From NCBI GenBank assembly GCA_032128875.1, contig JAVLKG010000001.1:416001-480000 (forward strand): a stretch of 64,000 nucleotides of DNA, written 5' to 3'. Of the stretch, positions 8,759 through 18,847 are shown one piece after another. The number at the start of each line of letters is the position of its first letter. The first letter of the stretch is position 1. The stretch comes from Candidatus Melainabacteria bacterium 17Bon1m. GTDB lineage: Bacteria; Cyanobacteriota; Vampirovibrionia; Obscuribacterales; Obscuribacteraceae. A program made the translations under genes and the position numbers. The notes beneath the pieces are model-generated. The model was not told the DNA's origin and ran no database searches. It saw only the letters and a program-made list of their open reading frames with translations.

Positions 8759-10105
8759 ATGAAGAAGAAAGAGAAAAGCGGTCGCAAAGACTATCGCATG
8801 CGTAGTGCAATGGTCGACGGTAACTACGACAGTAAACATTGGGAATACGACCACCATCTCGTGCCTCCGATTTCGTCATCAGTTGCCTATCGGCTTAGTT
8901 CGGTGCACAGGGGCGAAGAAGGATTTGCTCAATTTGGTGAAGTTGCAGATCTGCAGAATGATCCTATTTTCGTGTATGACAGGCTTGATGAGCCTTCACG
9001 TGGCATGCTCGAGGAAAAACTAGCCTATGCGGAGTCAGGTGATATTGCCGTTTCTTTTGCCACAGGAATGGCTGCCATAAGCGCCGCTTTGTCGATTCTG
9101 ACGAGGCAAGGCGATCAAATCGTTGCTCACAATACACTATATGGCTGTACCTTCAGTCTTCTGTCTCACTGGTTTCCTAAATATGGAATTGAAACGAAAT
9201 TCGTCGATCTGAGATCAAGTGAAAATCTGCTGTCATCCATAACTTCTCGAACCAGGGTTGTTTACCTTGAAACCCCAGTAAACCCTACATTGGATATCAT
9301 CGACATTCGAGCGCTAAAAAACTGTGTTTCCGAAGCTAATAAAACGAGAGCCGACCAAGAGAAGATCGTTATTGTTGTCGATAACACATTTGCTACACCC
9401 TTTTGTCAGCGACCGTTGACTCTAGGCGCGGATATTGTTGTGCATAGTCTGACAAAGAACATTGCCGGCTTCGGAACCGACATGGGTGGAGCTGTTATCG
9501 CAGCTTCGAAATATCAACGAGATTTACTTCTCTATAGAAAAGACTTTGGCGGCGTGCTTTCTCCGCGTTCTGCCTGGCCTATTCTTGTGTACGGGTTGCC
9601 GACTCTGGCCGCGCGGATGGTCAATCAGCAAAAGTCCGCGATACACATTGCGCGTTTTCTTGAAAAGCACCCTTTGGTAAAAAGAGTACTGTATCCCGGA
9701 CTTAAATCATTTCCTCAAAAGCAACTTGCAGAATTACAAATGGTAAGTTGCGACGGGCGCTTCGCTCCAGGCTCGGTACTTTATTTCGAACTGAAAGCAG
9801 GTACGAGCACAGAAGAGGAAAAGACAGCTGAGCTTTTTATTGATGACGTCGCCAGGAGTTCGCGCTGTATAAATCTGGCGGTAAGTCTGGGGCAAGTGCG
9901 TACACTGATAGAAGCGCCATACTCAATGACTCATTCAGCTTTGCCTGCAGATTTTAAAGACGCGATTGGAATCTCGCCGTCGGGAATACGCTTGTCTTTG
10001 GGATTGGAAGACTGGCACGATATCGAAGCCGACTTGAAGGCGTCGCTTGATCGTACGGAGATTATGCTGAAATTGCATTCTCATGCAACCTATCCTTCTC
10101 TATAA
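8759..10105 (+). CDS. PLP-dependent Cys/Met metabolism lyase, methionine gamma-lyase-like
   Basis: SFATGMAAI, TLYGCT (Cys typical of methionine gamma-lyases), LETPVNP, DNTFATP, HSLTK PLP lysine, IRLSLGLED. Confidence 0.85.
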   Translation: MKKKEKSGRKDYRMRSAMVDGNYDSKHWEYDHHLVPPISSSVAYRLSSVHRGEEGFAQFGEVADLQNDPIFVYDRLDEPSRGMLEEKLAYAESGDIAVSFATGMAAISAALSILTRQGDQIVAHNTLYGCTFSLLSHWFPKYGIETKFVDLRSSENLLSSITSRTRVVYLETPVNPTLDIIDIRALKNCVSEANKTRADQEKIVIVVDNTFATPFCQRPLTLGADIVVHSLTKNIAGFGTDMGGAVIAASKYQRDLLLYRKDFGGVLSPRSAWPILVYGLPTLAARMVNQQKSAIHIARFLEKHPLVKRVLYPGLKSFPQKQLAELQMVSCDGRFAPGSVLYFELKAGTSTEEEKTAELFIDDVARSSRCINLAVSLGQVRTLIEAPYSMTHSALPADFKDAIGISPSGIRLSLGLEDWHDIEADLKASLDRTEIMLKLHSHATYPSL

Positions 10106-10147
10106 CTCTTAAATTTCGGATTCTCAAAACCTATAAAAAAGAGAAAG

Positions 10148-10180
10148 AAGACCGAGAGCTGTCTCGGTCTTTTTTCTTTT
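10148..10180. terminator. Bidirectional intrinsic terminator
   Basis: AAGACCGAGA-gctg-TCTCGGTCTT flanked by A- and T-rich tracts between convergent genes. Confidence 0.8.
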
Positions 10181-10203
10181 ACCTCTATATGAATAATTGT
10201 CTA

Positions 10204-10632
10204 TTAGACCAAGCTGCAATACATTGGATGAGATGCTTCCTGCGGGCCCGGACAAGTCTCATTTTTTCTCTCTCCCTTCTGAAATATGTCGCGGCCTGTC
10301 CAGGTCGATTTCCAACTTTGAGATTTCTTTTGCTGCGCATCGGCAACCATCTGCCAACTTGCCTCGAATGAATTCTCCTCGTTATCGACAAATTGACCTA
10401 TCCATGTTGTTATAGTTTTGTGATTGGAAAAGGCCACGCTAAAGCAGAACACATCACCAACTGCAAAGCCGGTTAGAGGATATGTCGTGGCTGAGTCTTC
10501 ACGCGAGATTACGCCGCTCATGAAACAACCGGTAATTTTGCCAGATTCATCCACTTCAATATGCATCTGAGAATTGTGTTGGTTGTGCCAGATGCCTGAC
10601 AAAAGCTTTTGAACTTCTTCTTTGGTCTTCAT
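10204..10632 (-). CDS. Avidin/streptavidin-family protein without a signal peptide
   Basis: LSGIWHNQHNSQM, ITGCF, YPLTG, TTWIGQ, SWKSTWTGRDIFQK match the streptavidin pattern WYNQLGS...TTWSGQ...WKSTLVGHDTFTK. Confidence 0.85.
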   Translation of the reverse strand: MKTKEEVQKLLSGIWHNQHNSQMHIEVDESGKITGCFMSGVISREDSATTYPLTGFAVGDVFCFSVAFSNHKTITTWIGQFVDNEENSFEASWQMVADAQQKKSQSWKSTWTGRDIFQKGERKNETCPGPQEASHPMYCSLV

Positions 10633-10686
10633 TTCTTTTACTCCACAGAACCTCAACAATCATCCAACTGAAATAAGAAAGCTGTA

Positions 10687-10824
10687 TGGACTCAAGGAAC
10701 GATCTGCCATGAGTCTTTTGGATGATAGTCCACATACTTTTAGTTGCCGTTGCTTCCTTATGGAAGATATCTCCCTCCAATGATTCTTGGGGACGATATC
10801 GCATCGCGTGTAATGAATTAGATT
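10687..10824. promoter_or_regulatory. Divergent avidin-like/rubredoxin promoter with three regulon boxes
   Basis: TGGA-CTCAAGGA-ACGA (10687-10702), TGAG-TCTTTTGG-ATGA (10710-10725), TGAT-TCTTGGGG-ACGA (10781-10796); TAGATT at 10819 after a 22-nt spacer. Confidence 0.6.
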
Positions 10825-10854
10825 GCAAGAAAGCAGCTGTATCGGGTTTACGTT

Positions 10855-11097
10855 ATGCACGACGGTATCTTCGACTTCTATTTTTGCGACAAATGCCGAG
10901 CGTATGTTCTTGACGAAAAGCAAGGTGACGCCAAGCGCGGCATTTTGCCAAACACAGCCGTTCAACGACTCGCGACTAACTGGAAATGCCCGATATGCGG
11001 CGGTACTTCGGATGAGCTGAGAGCAGTGACGATGTTCGATCATATAAGGAAGAGTGACGTCCTAACACCATCGTTTACTGCTACGAAATCGATCTAA
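10855..11097 (+). CDS. Rubredoxin-like protein
   Basis: CDKC...GD...GI.P.T....L..NWKCPICG. Confidence 0.85.
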   Translation: MHDGIFDFYFCDKCRAYVLDEKQGDAKRGILPNTAVQRLATNWKCPICGGTSDELRAVTMFDHIRKSDVLTPSFTATKSI

Positions 11098-11114
11098 ACA
11101 AGTGGAGATTTGAC

Positions 11115-12473
11115 ATGTTACAGACGTCCGGGACGCCAATGGCACCTGATTCCCAAGTAAGCAAACAGGTTCGTCGTCATGCGGTTCCTTTCACCGGCGA
11201 GAAGAATGAGCTGAATAGTCTTATGGAGTTGATTGGAGAGTCTTCTTTCGTTTTGATAGGAGAAGCTTCGCATGGCACGCATGAATACTATAAAACGAGA
11301 ATTGACCTGACAAAGAGATTAATCGAAGAAAAGGGCTTCAACGTTGTTTGTGCTGAAGCCGACTGGCCTGATGCTTTACGAGTCAATCGCTACGTAAAAG
11401 GTATAAGCGATGATAAGAGCGCTGTCTCCGCATTGGCTGGTTTTCAGCGTTTTCCCACTTGGCTGTGGCGAAATGCAGATGTCCTCTCTTTTGTCGAATG
11501 GTTGAAGACCTACAACGAAACGTTTGGCAGGTTTGATCAAAAGGTTGGCTTCTATGGGCTGGATCTATACAGCCTTTACCGCTCTATTGAAGCCATCATC
11601 AATTACCTCCAACCAATCGATCCCGATGCCGCAGATAGAGCAAGGGAGAGATACAGCTGCCTTTCGGCCTACGGTTATGACGAGCAGGCGTATGGTTATG
11701 CTGCAGCCCTTGGCTTAGCCAGAGAATGTGAGGAAAACATACTCAATCAGTTGGTCGAATTGCAAAAGAAAGAACTTGATTATTTGAAGAAGGACGGACC
11801 GAGAGCAAAAGAAGAATTCTTCTTCGCTGAGCAAAATGCCATTCTTGTTGCCCATGCGCAAGCATATTATCGCGAGATGTTCCGAGGGCGCATGAGTACC
11901 TGGAATCTGCGAGACACCCACATGATGAAAACACTTCTCAATTTGCGGGACCATATGAAAGAATCTGGCACTCAGATGAAAGCTGTAATCTGGGCTCATA
12001 ATTCGCACCTTGGCGACGCTCGGGCGACAGAAATGTCCAGTCGCGGTGAGCTTAATTTAGGACAGCTAGTTCGACAACATCTTGGTGAGAATTGCTGTCT
12101 CATCGGCTTTAGCGGCAATTCAGGAACAGTTACAGCTGCGTCGAAATGGGGTGGCCCGGCTGAAAGGAAAAATGTTAGACCAGGCATGATCGGCAGTTTT
12201 GAGAATTTATTCTCTAAGGTGGATCTGCCTGCCTTTATCTTGCCATTCAGAGCGACCGACTTGATCAACGGGCTTAGACATCCGAGGCTTCAGCGAGCAA
12301 TCGGAGTTTTGTATATTCCAGAGACGGAAAGATACAGCCACTATTTCTTTTCGACACTGCCCAAGCAGTTTGACGCTCTCATTCATTTTCAGGAGACTCA
12401 GGCTGTCGAACCACTTGAGCGTAATGCTCTGTGGACGGAAGGCGAGACAAGGATAGAAGACCTTGTTGACTGA
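11115..12473 (+). CDS. Erythromycin-esterase-family protein (Rv2030c C-terminal-like)
   Basis: IGEASHGTHE, EADWPD, GFYGLDLYSL, WNLRD, WAHNSHLGDARAT, RAIGV.Y.PE.E..SHY. Confidence 0.9.
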   Translation: MLQTSGTPMAPDSQVSKQVRRHAVPFTGEKNELNSLMELIGESSFVLIGEASHGTHEYYKTRIDLTKRLIEEKGFNVVCAEADWPDALRVNRYVKGISDDKSAVSALAGFQRFPTWLWRNADVLSFVEWLKTYNETFGRFDQKVGFYGLDLYSLYRSIEAIINYLQPIDPDAADRARERYSCLSAYGYDEQAYGYAAALGLARECEENILNQLVELQKKELDYLKKDGPRAKEEFFFAEQNAILVAHAQAYYREMFRGRMSTWNLRDTHMMKTLLNLRDHMKESGTQMKAVIWAHNSHLGDARATEMSSRGELNLGQLVRQHLGENCCLIGFSGNSGTVTAASKWGGPAERKNVRPGMIGSFENLFSKVDLPAFILPFRATDLINGLRHPRLQRAIGVLYIPETERYSHYFFSTLPKQFDALIHFQETQAVEPLERNALWTEGETRIEDLVD

Positions 12474-12583
12474 GTTCACCACGTCTAAGCGATCATGTTC
12501 AACTAAATAACGCGACTAAGCCTCAATTGAATGAGTTGAGTGCGTTTCGTGGACATTCATAATCAAAGAGCAAGGAGTTTCTG

Positions 12584-13276
12584 ATGCGCACGAAAAATGT
12601 CGATAGATGGGTCCGAGAAGCCGTTCAGATTGACGCTGGTGACCAATGCCTTCATGGGAATCTATGTATTCCGCCTCAGGCAAAGGGACTGATTGCCTTC
12701 GTGCATGGTAGCGGAAGCAGCAGGTTCAGTACGCGCAATTTATTTGTGGCAGAGTTCTTGAATGAAAGAGGTTTTGCCACTTTGCTGTTCGATCTACTGA
12801 GCAGTTCAGAAGAGCAAATAGACAATGTGACCGCGCGCTACAGATTTGATATTCCGCTCTTGTCGCGCAGAGTCATGCACGTAACTGAATGGATTCAAAA
12901 TGAACCAAGAACTCAGCAACTTTCAATCGGCTATTTCGGTGCTAGCACTGGAGCCGCCGCAGCACTGGTTTCAGCTTCCAACGTAGGCACTCGTGTAAAG
13001 GCAGTTGTTTCCAGAGGTGGAAGACCGGATTTGGCATCGGGACATCTTTCAAGGGTTGATTGTCCAACTTTATTTTTAGTGGGCGAAAGAGACACTGATG
13101 TTCTAAAGCTCAATCTTAAGGCTCTGGCACTCTTGCCTGAAACGACAGTCAAGGACATCGAAATCGTCCCGGATGCTACACATCTCTTTGAGGAGCCGGG
13201 CGCTCTTGCAGTAGTTGCTAACGCTGCTGCACGCTGGTATAGCACCTACCTAAATAAAAAGATTTGCCGAGCCTGA
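12584..13276 (+). CDS. Dienelactone-hydrolase-like alpha/beta hydrolase
   Basis: HGSGSSR.S.RN, GYFGASTG nucleophile elbow, SRGGRPDLA, ATHLFEEPG. Confidence 0.9.
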   Translation: MRTKNVDRWVREAVQIDAGDQCLHGNLCIPPQAKGLIAFVHGSGSSRFSTRNLFVAEFLNERGFATLLFDLLSSSEEQIDNVTARYRFDIPLLSRRVMHVTEWIQNEPRTQQLSIGYFGASTGAAAALVSASNVGTRVKAVVSRGGRPDLASGHLSRVDCPTLFLVGERDTDVLKLNLKALALLPETTVKDIEIVPDATHLFEEPGALAVVANAAARWYSTYLNKKICRA

Positions 13277-13951
13277 TGCCGGCTTTACGTGATGACTGGC
13301 ATTGCGCATTGCTGAGACCACCTCTTGGTCAGTAGTTTGCTCGAAATTCAAATAATGCTGGCCCACTGAGTTGAACAACTCAGGCACGCTAAGTGAAATA
13401 ACCTCATCAGCATACTTGCTAAGTAAACGCACACTTTCCTGACTCATAACCGGCGCCGCCATAACTATATACCTGGCACCTCTTCGCTTGGCGGTTTTCA
13501 ACGCACATGCTGCTGTCATTCCTGTAGCAACACCATCGTCAATCACAATCACTAATTTCCCTTCAAATGATGTTCTTTCAGTGCCAGCCAACTTATAAAA
13601 CCGGCTTTCACGCTCTTTTGTTGATGAGAGAAGTTTTTCGCTTTCACGTTCCACGTAGGCTTTCCAATCAGGACTATGAGGTATGCCTGCGTTCAGAACT
13701 ACGACTCCTTCGGACGAAACCGCGCCCATTGCATATTCCGGCTCGTTTGGAAAAGGAAGCTTCTTCGCTGCGATGATTTCCAGTGGAGCGCTCAGTCTGC
13801 GTGCCACTTCCTGAGCTACCGGCGCACCGCCTCTGGGTAACGCAACGACGACAACGGGTAAAGCCTTCGTCTCATTGCTTAATCTCGATAGCCTGCGCAC
13901 TAACTCTTCAGCCAGTAACTTACCTGCAGACACGCGGTCACTGAATTGCAT
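13250..13951 (-). CDS. Phosphoribosyltransferase-family protein
   Basis: F.DR..AG..LA, ALPRGG.PVA, PEYAMGA, VIDDGVATG PRPP-binding motif. Confidence 0.9.
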   Translation of the reverse strand: MQFSDRVSAGKLLAEELVRRLSRLSNETKALPVVVVALPRGGAPVAQEVARRLSAPLEIIAAKKLPFPNEPEYAMGAVSSEGVVVLNAGIPHSPDWKAYVERESEKLLSSTKERESRFYKLAGTERTSFEGKLVIVIDDGVATGMTAACALKTAKRRGARYIVMAAPVMSQESVRLLSKYADEVISLSVPELFNSVGQHYLNFEQTTDQEVVSAMRNASHHVKPASGSANLFI

Positions 13952-13991
13952 AGCTCAGCTCCTATCTTGTCAAACTGCGTTATTAGCAGTT

Positions 13992-14222
13992 TTAGGAATC
14001 TAATTTTCGTTCTGCTTCTTCGTCCTGCTTTTCTTTCATCAGTTCCCTCGCTCTGTCAGCACGAAGAATTGCCAGCACTCCCAGCCCGCCGTTTTTCCAC
14101 AGCTTGGCTAAATTTGTTTTGCAGGTCTGCATTCCGAATGTTCGCATATCCATAGATCTAAGGACTGTAGGTTTTTGCAGCCAACGGGATTCGTCCGCAT
14201 CTTCATTAGTTTGGTTGTTCAT
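13992..14222 (-). CDS. Hypothetical protein
   Basis: 76-aa ATG ORF co-oriented upstream of the PRTase gene and downstream of a regulon box. Confidence 0.5.
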   Translation of the reverse strand: MNNQTNEDADESRWLQKPTVLRSMDMRTFGMQTCKTNLAKLWKNGGLGVLAILRADRARELMKEKQDEEAERKLDS

Positions 14223-14253
14223 TTTTCTAGTCCCTTAGAACCTTCACCTTTAC

Positions 14254-14345
14254 ATTGTCAAATACTTCTCAGCGAACAGCATCCTCCACAGAGATGATCC
14301 CTGCAAAGCCGGGTTTTTCCGGTTGGACTCATACCAAAGATGAGT
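14254..14345. promoter_or_regulatory. Divergent promoter with regulon boxes (14282-14297, 14327-14345)
   Basis: TCCT-CCACAGAG-ATGA with minus-strand GACAAT (14259-14254) after a 22-nt spacer; ACTCAT-ACCAAAG-ATGAGT. Confidence 0.6.
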
Positions 14346-14431
14346 GCAAAACTCCGACTTTTAGATAGTACGAAATTCAAAATCAGGCGCCAAGATATTA
14401 ATGAACGCCGCTGCCCTAAGGAAGGTGCAAA

Positions 14432-14968
14432 ATGCCAATATCAGATTGCTGCCCCAAAGAGGTTTTTGACAAACTGTCAAAAGGGGAAGATATCCAGCTT
14501 GTAGATGTGCGAGAACCGGATGAATACAGTGCGGTCAAAGTCGAACACTCTCTGCACTTGCCCCTTTCTCGCCTTTCTCAAAGCACATCAATTTTGTCCA
14601 GAAGAAAAGACATTTACCTCTTGTGTCGAAGTGGCAAGCGCGCTGATACTGCCGCTCAACGCCTTGAGCAACTTGGTTTTGATCGCCTGCATGTTGTTAA
14701 GGGCGGGCTCGACGCCTGGGTAAGAAGTGATCTTCCGGTCGAAGGAACAGGATTGCATGTTTGGCCCCTGGAAAGGCAAGTCAGATTCACTGCGGGACTT
14801 TTAGTTCTTGTGGGAATTATTCTGTCTTATTCAATAAACTCAAATTGGATTTTTCTCTCTTGTGTTGTCGCTCTCGGCATGGTCATGTCAGCTATGACCG
14901 GAACTTGTGGGATGGCGAACGTTTTGAGAATGATGCCCTGGAATTGCCAACATCAACGCCAATCGTAA
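14432..14968 (+). CDS. Rhodanese-domain membrane protein (YgaP-like, DUF2892)
   Basis: DVREPDEY, CRSGKR active-site loop, GGLDAW, then ERQVR...two TM...GTCGM. Confidence 0.9.
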   Translation: MPISDCCPKEVFDKLSKGEDIQLVDVREPDEYSAVKVEHSLHLPLSRLSQSTSILSRRKDIYLLCRSGKRADTAAQRLEQLGFDRLHVVKGGLDAWVRSDLPVEGTGLHVWPLERQVRFTAGLLVLVGIILSYSINSNWIFLSCVVALGMVMSAMTGTCGMANVLRMMPWNCQHQRQS

Positions 14969-15012
14969 TGATACCTAAGAAGGAGGTGTGTTGCCTTTTG
15001 CTTAAGTAGGCT
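14969..15012 (+). promoter_or_regulatory. Regulon box (14969-14984) plus -10-like TAGGCT (15007-15012)
   Basis: TGAT-ACCTAAGA-AGGA; 22-nt spacer. Confidence 0.55.
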
Positions 15013-15036
15013 GGTTGAGAATAGAGGAGATACTCA

Positions 15037-15840
15037 ATGAAATCGGGCCGAAAAGTCAGTGTATTGCTCACTTTGGCATTTCTAATCAGCGCGAATGTTC
15101 TGCCTGCATTTGCGTTGGATGTTCCTCCTCCTCAGTGGCAACAATGGCAGCAAATCGAACTTTTAGATCCCGAAGATACGGAAATTGCTCTGCGAGCTGC
15201 TTTGCTTTTGACAAAGGAAAAAGAGCAGCAGCTGCTCATAATTCAGGCTCTGTCAGATCTTTGTCATGAGCAAAAACGATACGAAGAGGAGAGAGACTTT
15301 CTTCTTTCCTGGATATCACTTGCACAACAGGTGCAACCTTTTCCTGCTGTAAATTGTGCTACTCAAAATCTTAGATTGTCCTACGCTTATTTTGTTTTGA
15401 AGGACTATGAAAAAGCAGAGACCGCTGCAAAGACATCACTTCAAATGTTCAAGCAAAGTTGCAGTGAAAGCTCACCTAACGTTGCCCTTGCATTGAATAA
15501 TCTCGCCTGGGTGCAAATGAAGTTGAATAAGAGCGCTGACGCAGAAGCAAATATCCTTGAGGCACTTGCGATACTGAAAGTGGTAGCAGGCGAGAAGAGT
15601 ATGATTTATGGCTTGCTCTCAGAAAACCTTGCGGTTCTTTACGAGCAGACCAATAATCGGGAGGCCGCAATTCGGCTCTATAAAAACTCACTTCGTATTT
15701 TGAAGAAGTTTTTGGACAAGGAAGATTCTATAATCGTCGATCTGCGGCAGCATATCGAAGAGCAAAGCTCATTGCTCGCGGCATCGAAAGGGCACAGCGA
15801 GAAGAAAAAATTGGCTCGGCACAAAGAGACTCAAAAATAG
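15037..15840 (+). CDS. Secreted tetratricopeptide-repeat protein
   Basis: Signal peptide ending AFA; TPR-like repeats VALALNNLAWV, ENLAVLYEQ. Confidence 0.8.
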   Translation: MKSGRKVSVLLTLAFLISANVLPAFALDVPPPQWQQWQQIELLDPEDTEIALRAALLLTKEKEQQLLIIQALSDLCHEQKRYEEERDFLLSWISLAQQVQPFPAVNCATQNLRLSYAYFVLKDYEKAETAAKTSLQMFKQSCSESSPNVALALNNLAWVQMKLNKSADAEANILEALAILKVVAGEKSMIYGLLSENLAVLYEQTNNREAAIRLYKNSLRILKKFLDKEDSIIVDLRQHIEEQSSLLAASKGHSEKKKLARHKETQK

Positions 15841-15852
15841 AGGAGAAAGGCA

Positions 15853-16071
15853 ATGTCCAAGGAAAAAGGAAGTAGCACCAAAACGGCTGAACACGATAAG
15901 AAACATGCGCACAATGTCGGGCATGTTGTAGTCCATGCGACTCCTGTTTGCACCGAGATTATCTCAGAACGCGCCTATCAGTTATTCGAAAGACGTGGGT
16001 GTGTTCACGGTTTTGACGTGCAGGACTGGATAGAGGCTGAAAAGCAATTGATGGAAGAAGTTCTGAACTAG
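15853..16071 (+). CDS. DUF2934-domain protein
   Basis: ISERAYQLFERRG..HG.DVQDWIEAE.QL. Confidence 0.85.
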   Translation: MSKEKGSSTKTAEHDKKHAHNVGHVVVHATPVCTEIISERAYQLFERRGCVHGFDVQDWIEAEKQLMEEVLN

Positions 16072-16124
16072 GAGTTCGTGTCTTCTATGCTATGCTCATT
16101 CGACCTGACTGCAATGGAGCGTCT

Positions 16125-16409
16125 ATGTCGAAGTTTTTGGTAATGTGGAATCTTGACCTGGGCCGCGTTGGGCCTGACGCAGTGAAAGCTGTACTCTCAA
16201 TGCCATCGTACGCAGAGCGGATGAAGAAGCAAAATAAGCTCGTCCATCGCTACCATCTTGTCGGAAAGCATGGTGGCGCCTGGATATACAACGCAGACAG
16301 CAACGAAGACCTGGAGCGATGTCTGGCTCAATCTCCAGTATACAACTTGGCAAATTTCGATGTTTATCCACTGGCTGAGATGCCAGAACCGCCAGCACAA
16401 GATGCCTAG
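16125..16409 (+). CDS. Muconolactone delta-isomerase-like small protein
   Basis: KFLV.W...L...YHLVGKHGGAWIYNADSNEDL...L.QSP......DVYPL; GGAG RBS upstream. Confidence 0.65.
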   Translation: MSKFLVMWNLDLGRVGPDAVKAVLSMPSYAERMKKQNKLVHRYHLVGKHGGAWIYNADSNEDLERCLAQSPVYNLANFDVYPLAEMPEPPAQDA

Positions 16410-16415
16410 TGCTAT

Positions 16416-17474
16416 CTAACATATTCGAGGTAGCTGGTCGCCTGATAGCTTGTCGACTATCCTTCTGCCGCCGATAACGGATTTTAAGACGACTCGCTCG
16501 GGGTGGTCGCTGACTATTTTTCCGACTATCTTTGCTCCGTCACCATAAGGAGACGCCTGGATTATACTCACTGCTTCTTCGGCGCGTTGTGCTTCTACGA
16601 TAGCTACCAGACGACCTTCACAGGCCACGTACAAAGGATCGAGCCCAAGGATTTCGCAGGCGGCTCTCACTTTAGGATCGACAGGCACAGTTGATTCATC
16701 TATTTCAATTCCAACCGCTGATGAATGAGCAATTTCATTGAGTACGCTTGCTAAGCCCCCTCTCGTTAAGTCGCGCATAGAATGAAGTGAATCGCCAATA
16801 CTGAGTAGGTTTTGACACATCATATTTAGTGGCGCGCTGTCACTTTCTATTGTCGTCTCAAATTCCAACTCATGGCGCGCTGCCATGATCGCCATACCGT
16901 GACGTCCAATATCGCCGGATAAAATTATTGCGTCACCAGCTTTCGCCCTTGATGCCGAAGGGATTTTAGATTGAGTAATTAAGCCTACACCTGTAGTTGT
17001 GATGAATAGCTTATCTGCGCAGCCTTTGTTTACTACTTTAGTATCGGCAGCAATAAGGACTACGCCCGATTCCTTACTGGCTGACTGCATTGAGCGCACA
17101 ACCGTTTCTAAAGATTCGCGGTCAAATCCCTCTTCGAGGATGAACGCGGCAGAAAGATAAAGTGGCTTGGCTCCGCGCATGCACAGGTCATTTACCGTGC
17201 CGTGCACACTAAGAGAGCCTATGTTTCCTCCCGGAAAAATGATTGGACTGACTACATAAGAATCTGTAGTGACAGCAATCCTATCTTTGTCGAGAAAAAC
17301 CGTTGCTGCATCTTCCTTTTCAAGCAACTGCTCGCTGTCGAAAAAAGGCAGGAAGACCTGGTCGATTAACTGATCTGTTAATCTGCCGCCACTACCGTGC
17401 CCCAATTTGACCATCGTCAATTCATTCTTTGGAGTCGGGCAGGACACCGAAAAACTATCGTCTGCTTTTGTCAA
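16416..17474 (-). CDS. hypE: Hydrogenase maturation carbamoyl dehydratase HypE
   Basis: HGSGG, TTDSYVV.P, GTVNDL, DTKVV, C-terminal LPRIC; likely TTG start with GAGGAG RBS. Confidence 0.95.
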   Translation of the reverse strand: MTKADDSFSVSCPTPKNELTMVKLGHGSGGRLTDQLIDQVFLPFFDSEQLLEKEDAATVFLDKDRIAVTTDSYVVSPIIFPGGNIGSLSVHGTVNDLCMRGAKPLYLSAAFILEEGFDRESLETVVRSMQSASKESGVVLIAADTKVVNKGCADKLFITTTGVGLITQSKIPSASRAKAGDAIILSGDIGRHGMAIMAARHELEFETTIESDSAPLNMMCQNLLSIGDSLHSMRDLTRGGLASVLNEIAHSSAVGIEIDESTVPVDPKVRAACEILGLDPLYVACEGRLVAIVEAQRAEEAVSIIQASPYGDGAKIVGKIVSDHPERVVLKSVIGGRRIVDKLSGDQLPRIC

Positions 17475-17485
17475 AACAGTTCTCC

Positions 17486-18583
17486 TCAGGATTTTGGGTC
17501 CAGCCGTGAATAACGAAAGTAGGCGGCACAAGTGCCTTCTGATGACACCATGGTGGCACCCAGAGGATGCTCCGGGGTACATTCTCGCCCAAAGGCCGGA
17601 CAATCCAATGGTTTTTTTATGCCTCGCAGAACGTCGCCGCTGATGCACACTTCCGGTTCTAGTACAGGTACATTATTTGTGGAAAAGGCCAAGTCTGCAT
17701 CAAAGCGAGCATATTTCTGGTGAAGCCGATATCCGCTATTGGCGATTAATCCCAGCCCACGCCACGCCTGGTCGCAAACTACAAATACATCTTCGAGTAT
17801 CGACTGGGCATTTTTATTTCCTTCTTTTGTAACGGCTCTGGCGTATTGATTGTCCACGTGTGCCTGCCCGTTTTCTAGCTGTGATACCAATCTCGAAATT
17901 CCCTCGAGTATGTCGGTCGGCTCGAATCCAGTTATGACAATCGGAATTTTGTATTGTTCTGCGAGTTTTTCATATTGCGACCACCCCATGATTGAGCAAA
18001 CATGACCTGGTCCTAAAAATCCCTGCACCCGATTGTCCGGGTATTCGAGCAATCTCCTTATAACGGGCGGCACTGTTACGTGTGACGAGAGCAAGAAGAA
18101 GTTGTTCAAATTGAGGCGTTCTGCTTGCTTTATTGTCATTGCATTCGCAGGAGCAGTCGTCTCAAATCCAATTGCCAGAAATACAACTTTTTTGTCTTTG
18201 TTTTGCGAGGCAATTTTGAGGCAGTCCAGGGGCGAATAGATTATGCGAACGTCGCCACCTTGTGCTTTAACATCTAATAGATCCATCCTGCTTCCGGGCA
18301 CGCGCAGCATGTCTCCATATGAACATAAAATGACGTCTTCCTGGCTTGCGATGGCTGTGGCCTTGTCGATAATCTCGACTCCCGTAACGCAGACAGGACA
18401 GCCAGGTCCGTGTAGAAGTTCAATCTCCGGTGGCAGTAAATCGGTAATCCCGTATTGCATGATTGCATGTGTTTGACCACCACAAACTTCCATGATTTGC
18501 CAGTTTTGCCTGGTTTTCCTGCTAATTTCTCGTGAAAGTTCACGAGCTCGTTTTTCCGTTCTGAATTCGTCAACGTACCGCAT
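17486..18583 (-). CDS. hypD: Hydrogenase maturation protein HypD
   Basis: [37 protein letters not shown]. Confidence 0.97.
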   Translation of the reverse strand: MRYVDEFRTEKRARELSREISRKTRQNWQIMEVCGGQTHAIMQYGITDLLPPEIELLHGPGCPVCVTGVEIIDKATAIASQEDVILCSYGDMLRVPGSRMDLLDVKAQGGDVRIIYSPLDCLKIASQNKDKKVVFLAIGFETTAPANAMTIKQAERLNLNNFFLLSSHVTVPPVIRRLLEYPDNRVQGFLGPGHVCSIMGWSQYEKLAEQYKIPIVITGFEPTDILEGISRLVSQLENGQAHVDNQYARAVTKEGNKNAQSILEDVFVVCDQAWRGLGLIANSGYRLHQKYARFDADLAFSTNNVPVLEPEVCISGDVLRGIKKPLDCPAFGRECTPEHPLGATMVSSEGTCAAYFRYSRLDPKS

Positions 18584-18836
18584 TTTCGCTGCCCTTTTCA
18601 CCAAGTTCGGATGTTTTTTCTTCATCAGTCAGAGATGAAAGCGTTAGCAACGCTTCTTTCTCGTCAATTACACTCAGTGCAAATCCGACATGGACAAGCA
18701 CATACTCGCCCACTTGAGCGGACGGACAGTACTCCAGACAGACAATACGCTTTAGACCGGCGAAGTCGACTTTGCACATTCGAAGGCCGTCTTGCTCAAA
18801 TATAGATTCGACTATTCCTGGAATGGCAAGACACAT
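18570..18836 (-). CDS. hypC: Hydrogenase maturation chaperone HypC
   Basis: [15 protein letters not shown]. Confidence 0.95.
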   Translation of the reverse strand: MCLAIPGIVESIFEQDGLRMCKVDFAGLKRIVCLEYCPSAQVGEYVLVHVGFALSVIDEKEALLTLSSLTDEEKTSELGEKGSENAVR

Positions 18837-18847
18837 AAGTATGCTCC

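Noticed and set aside
11115-12473. Macrolide resistance gene (ere)
   Set aside because: The motifs and neighbourhood fit the widespread Rv2030c-like branch; nothing supports antibiotic resistance.
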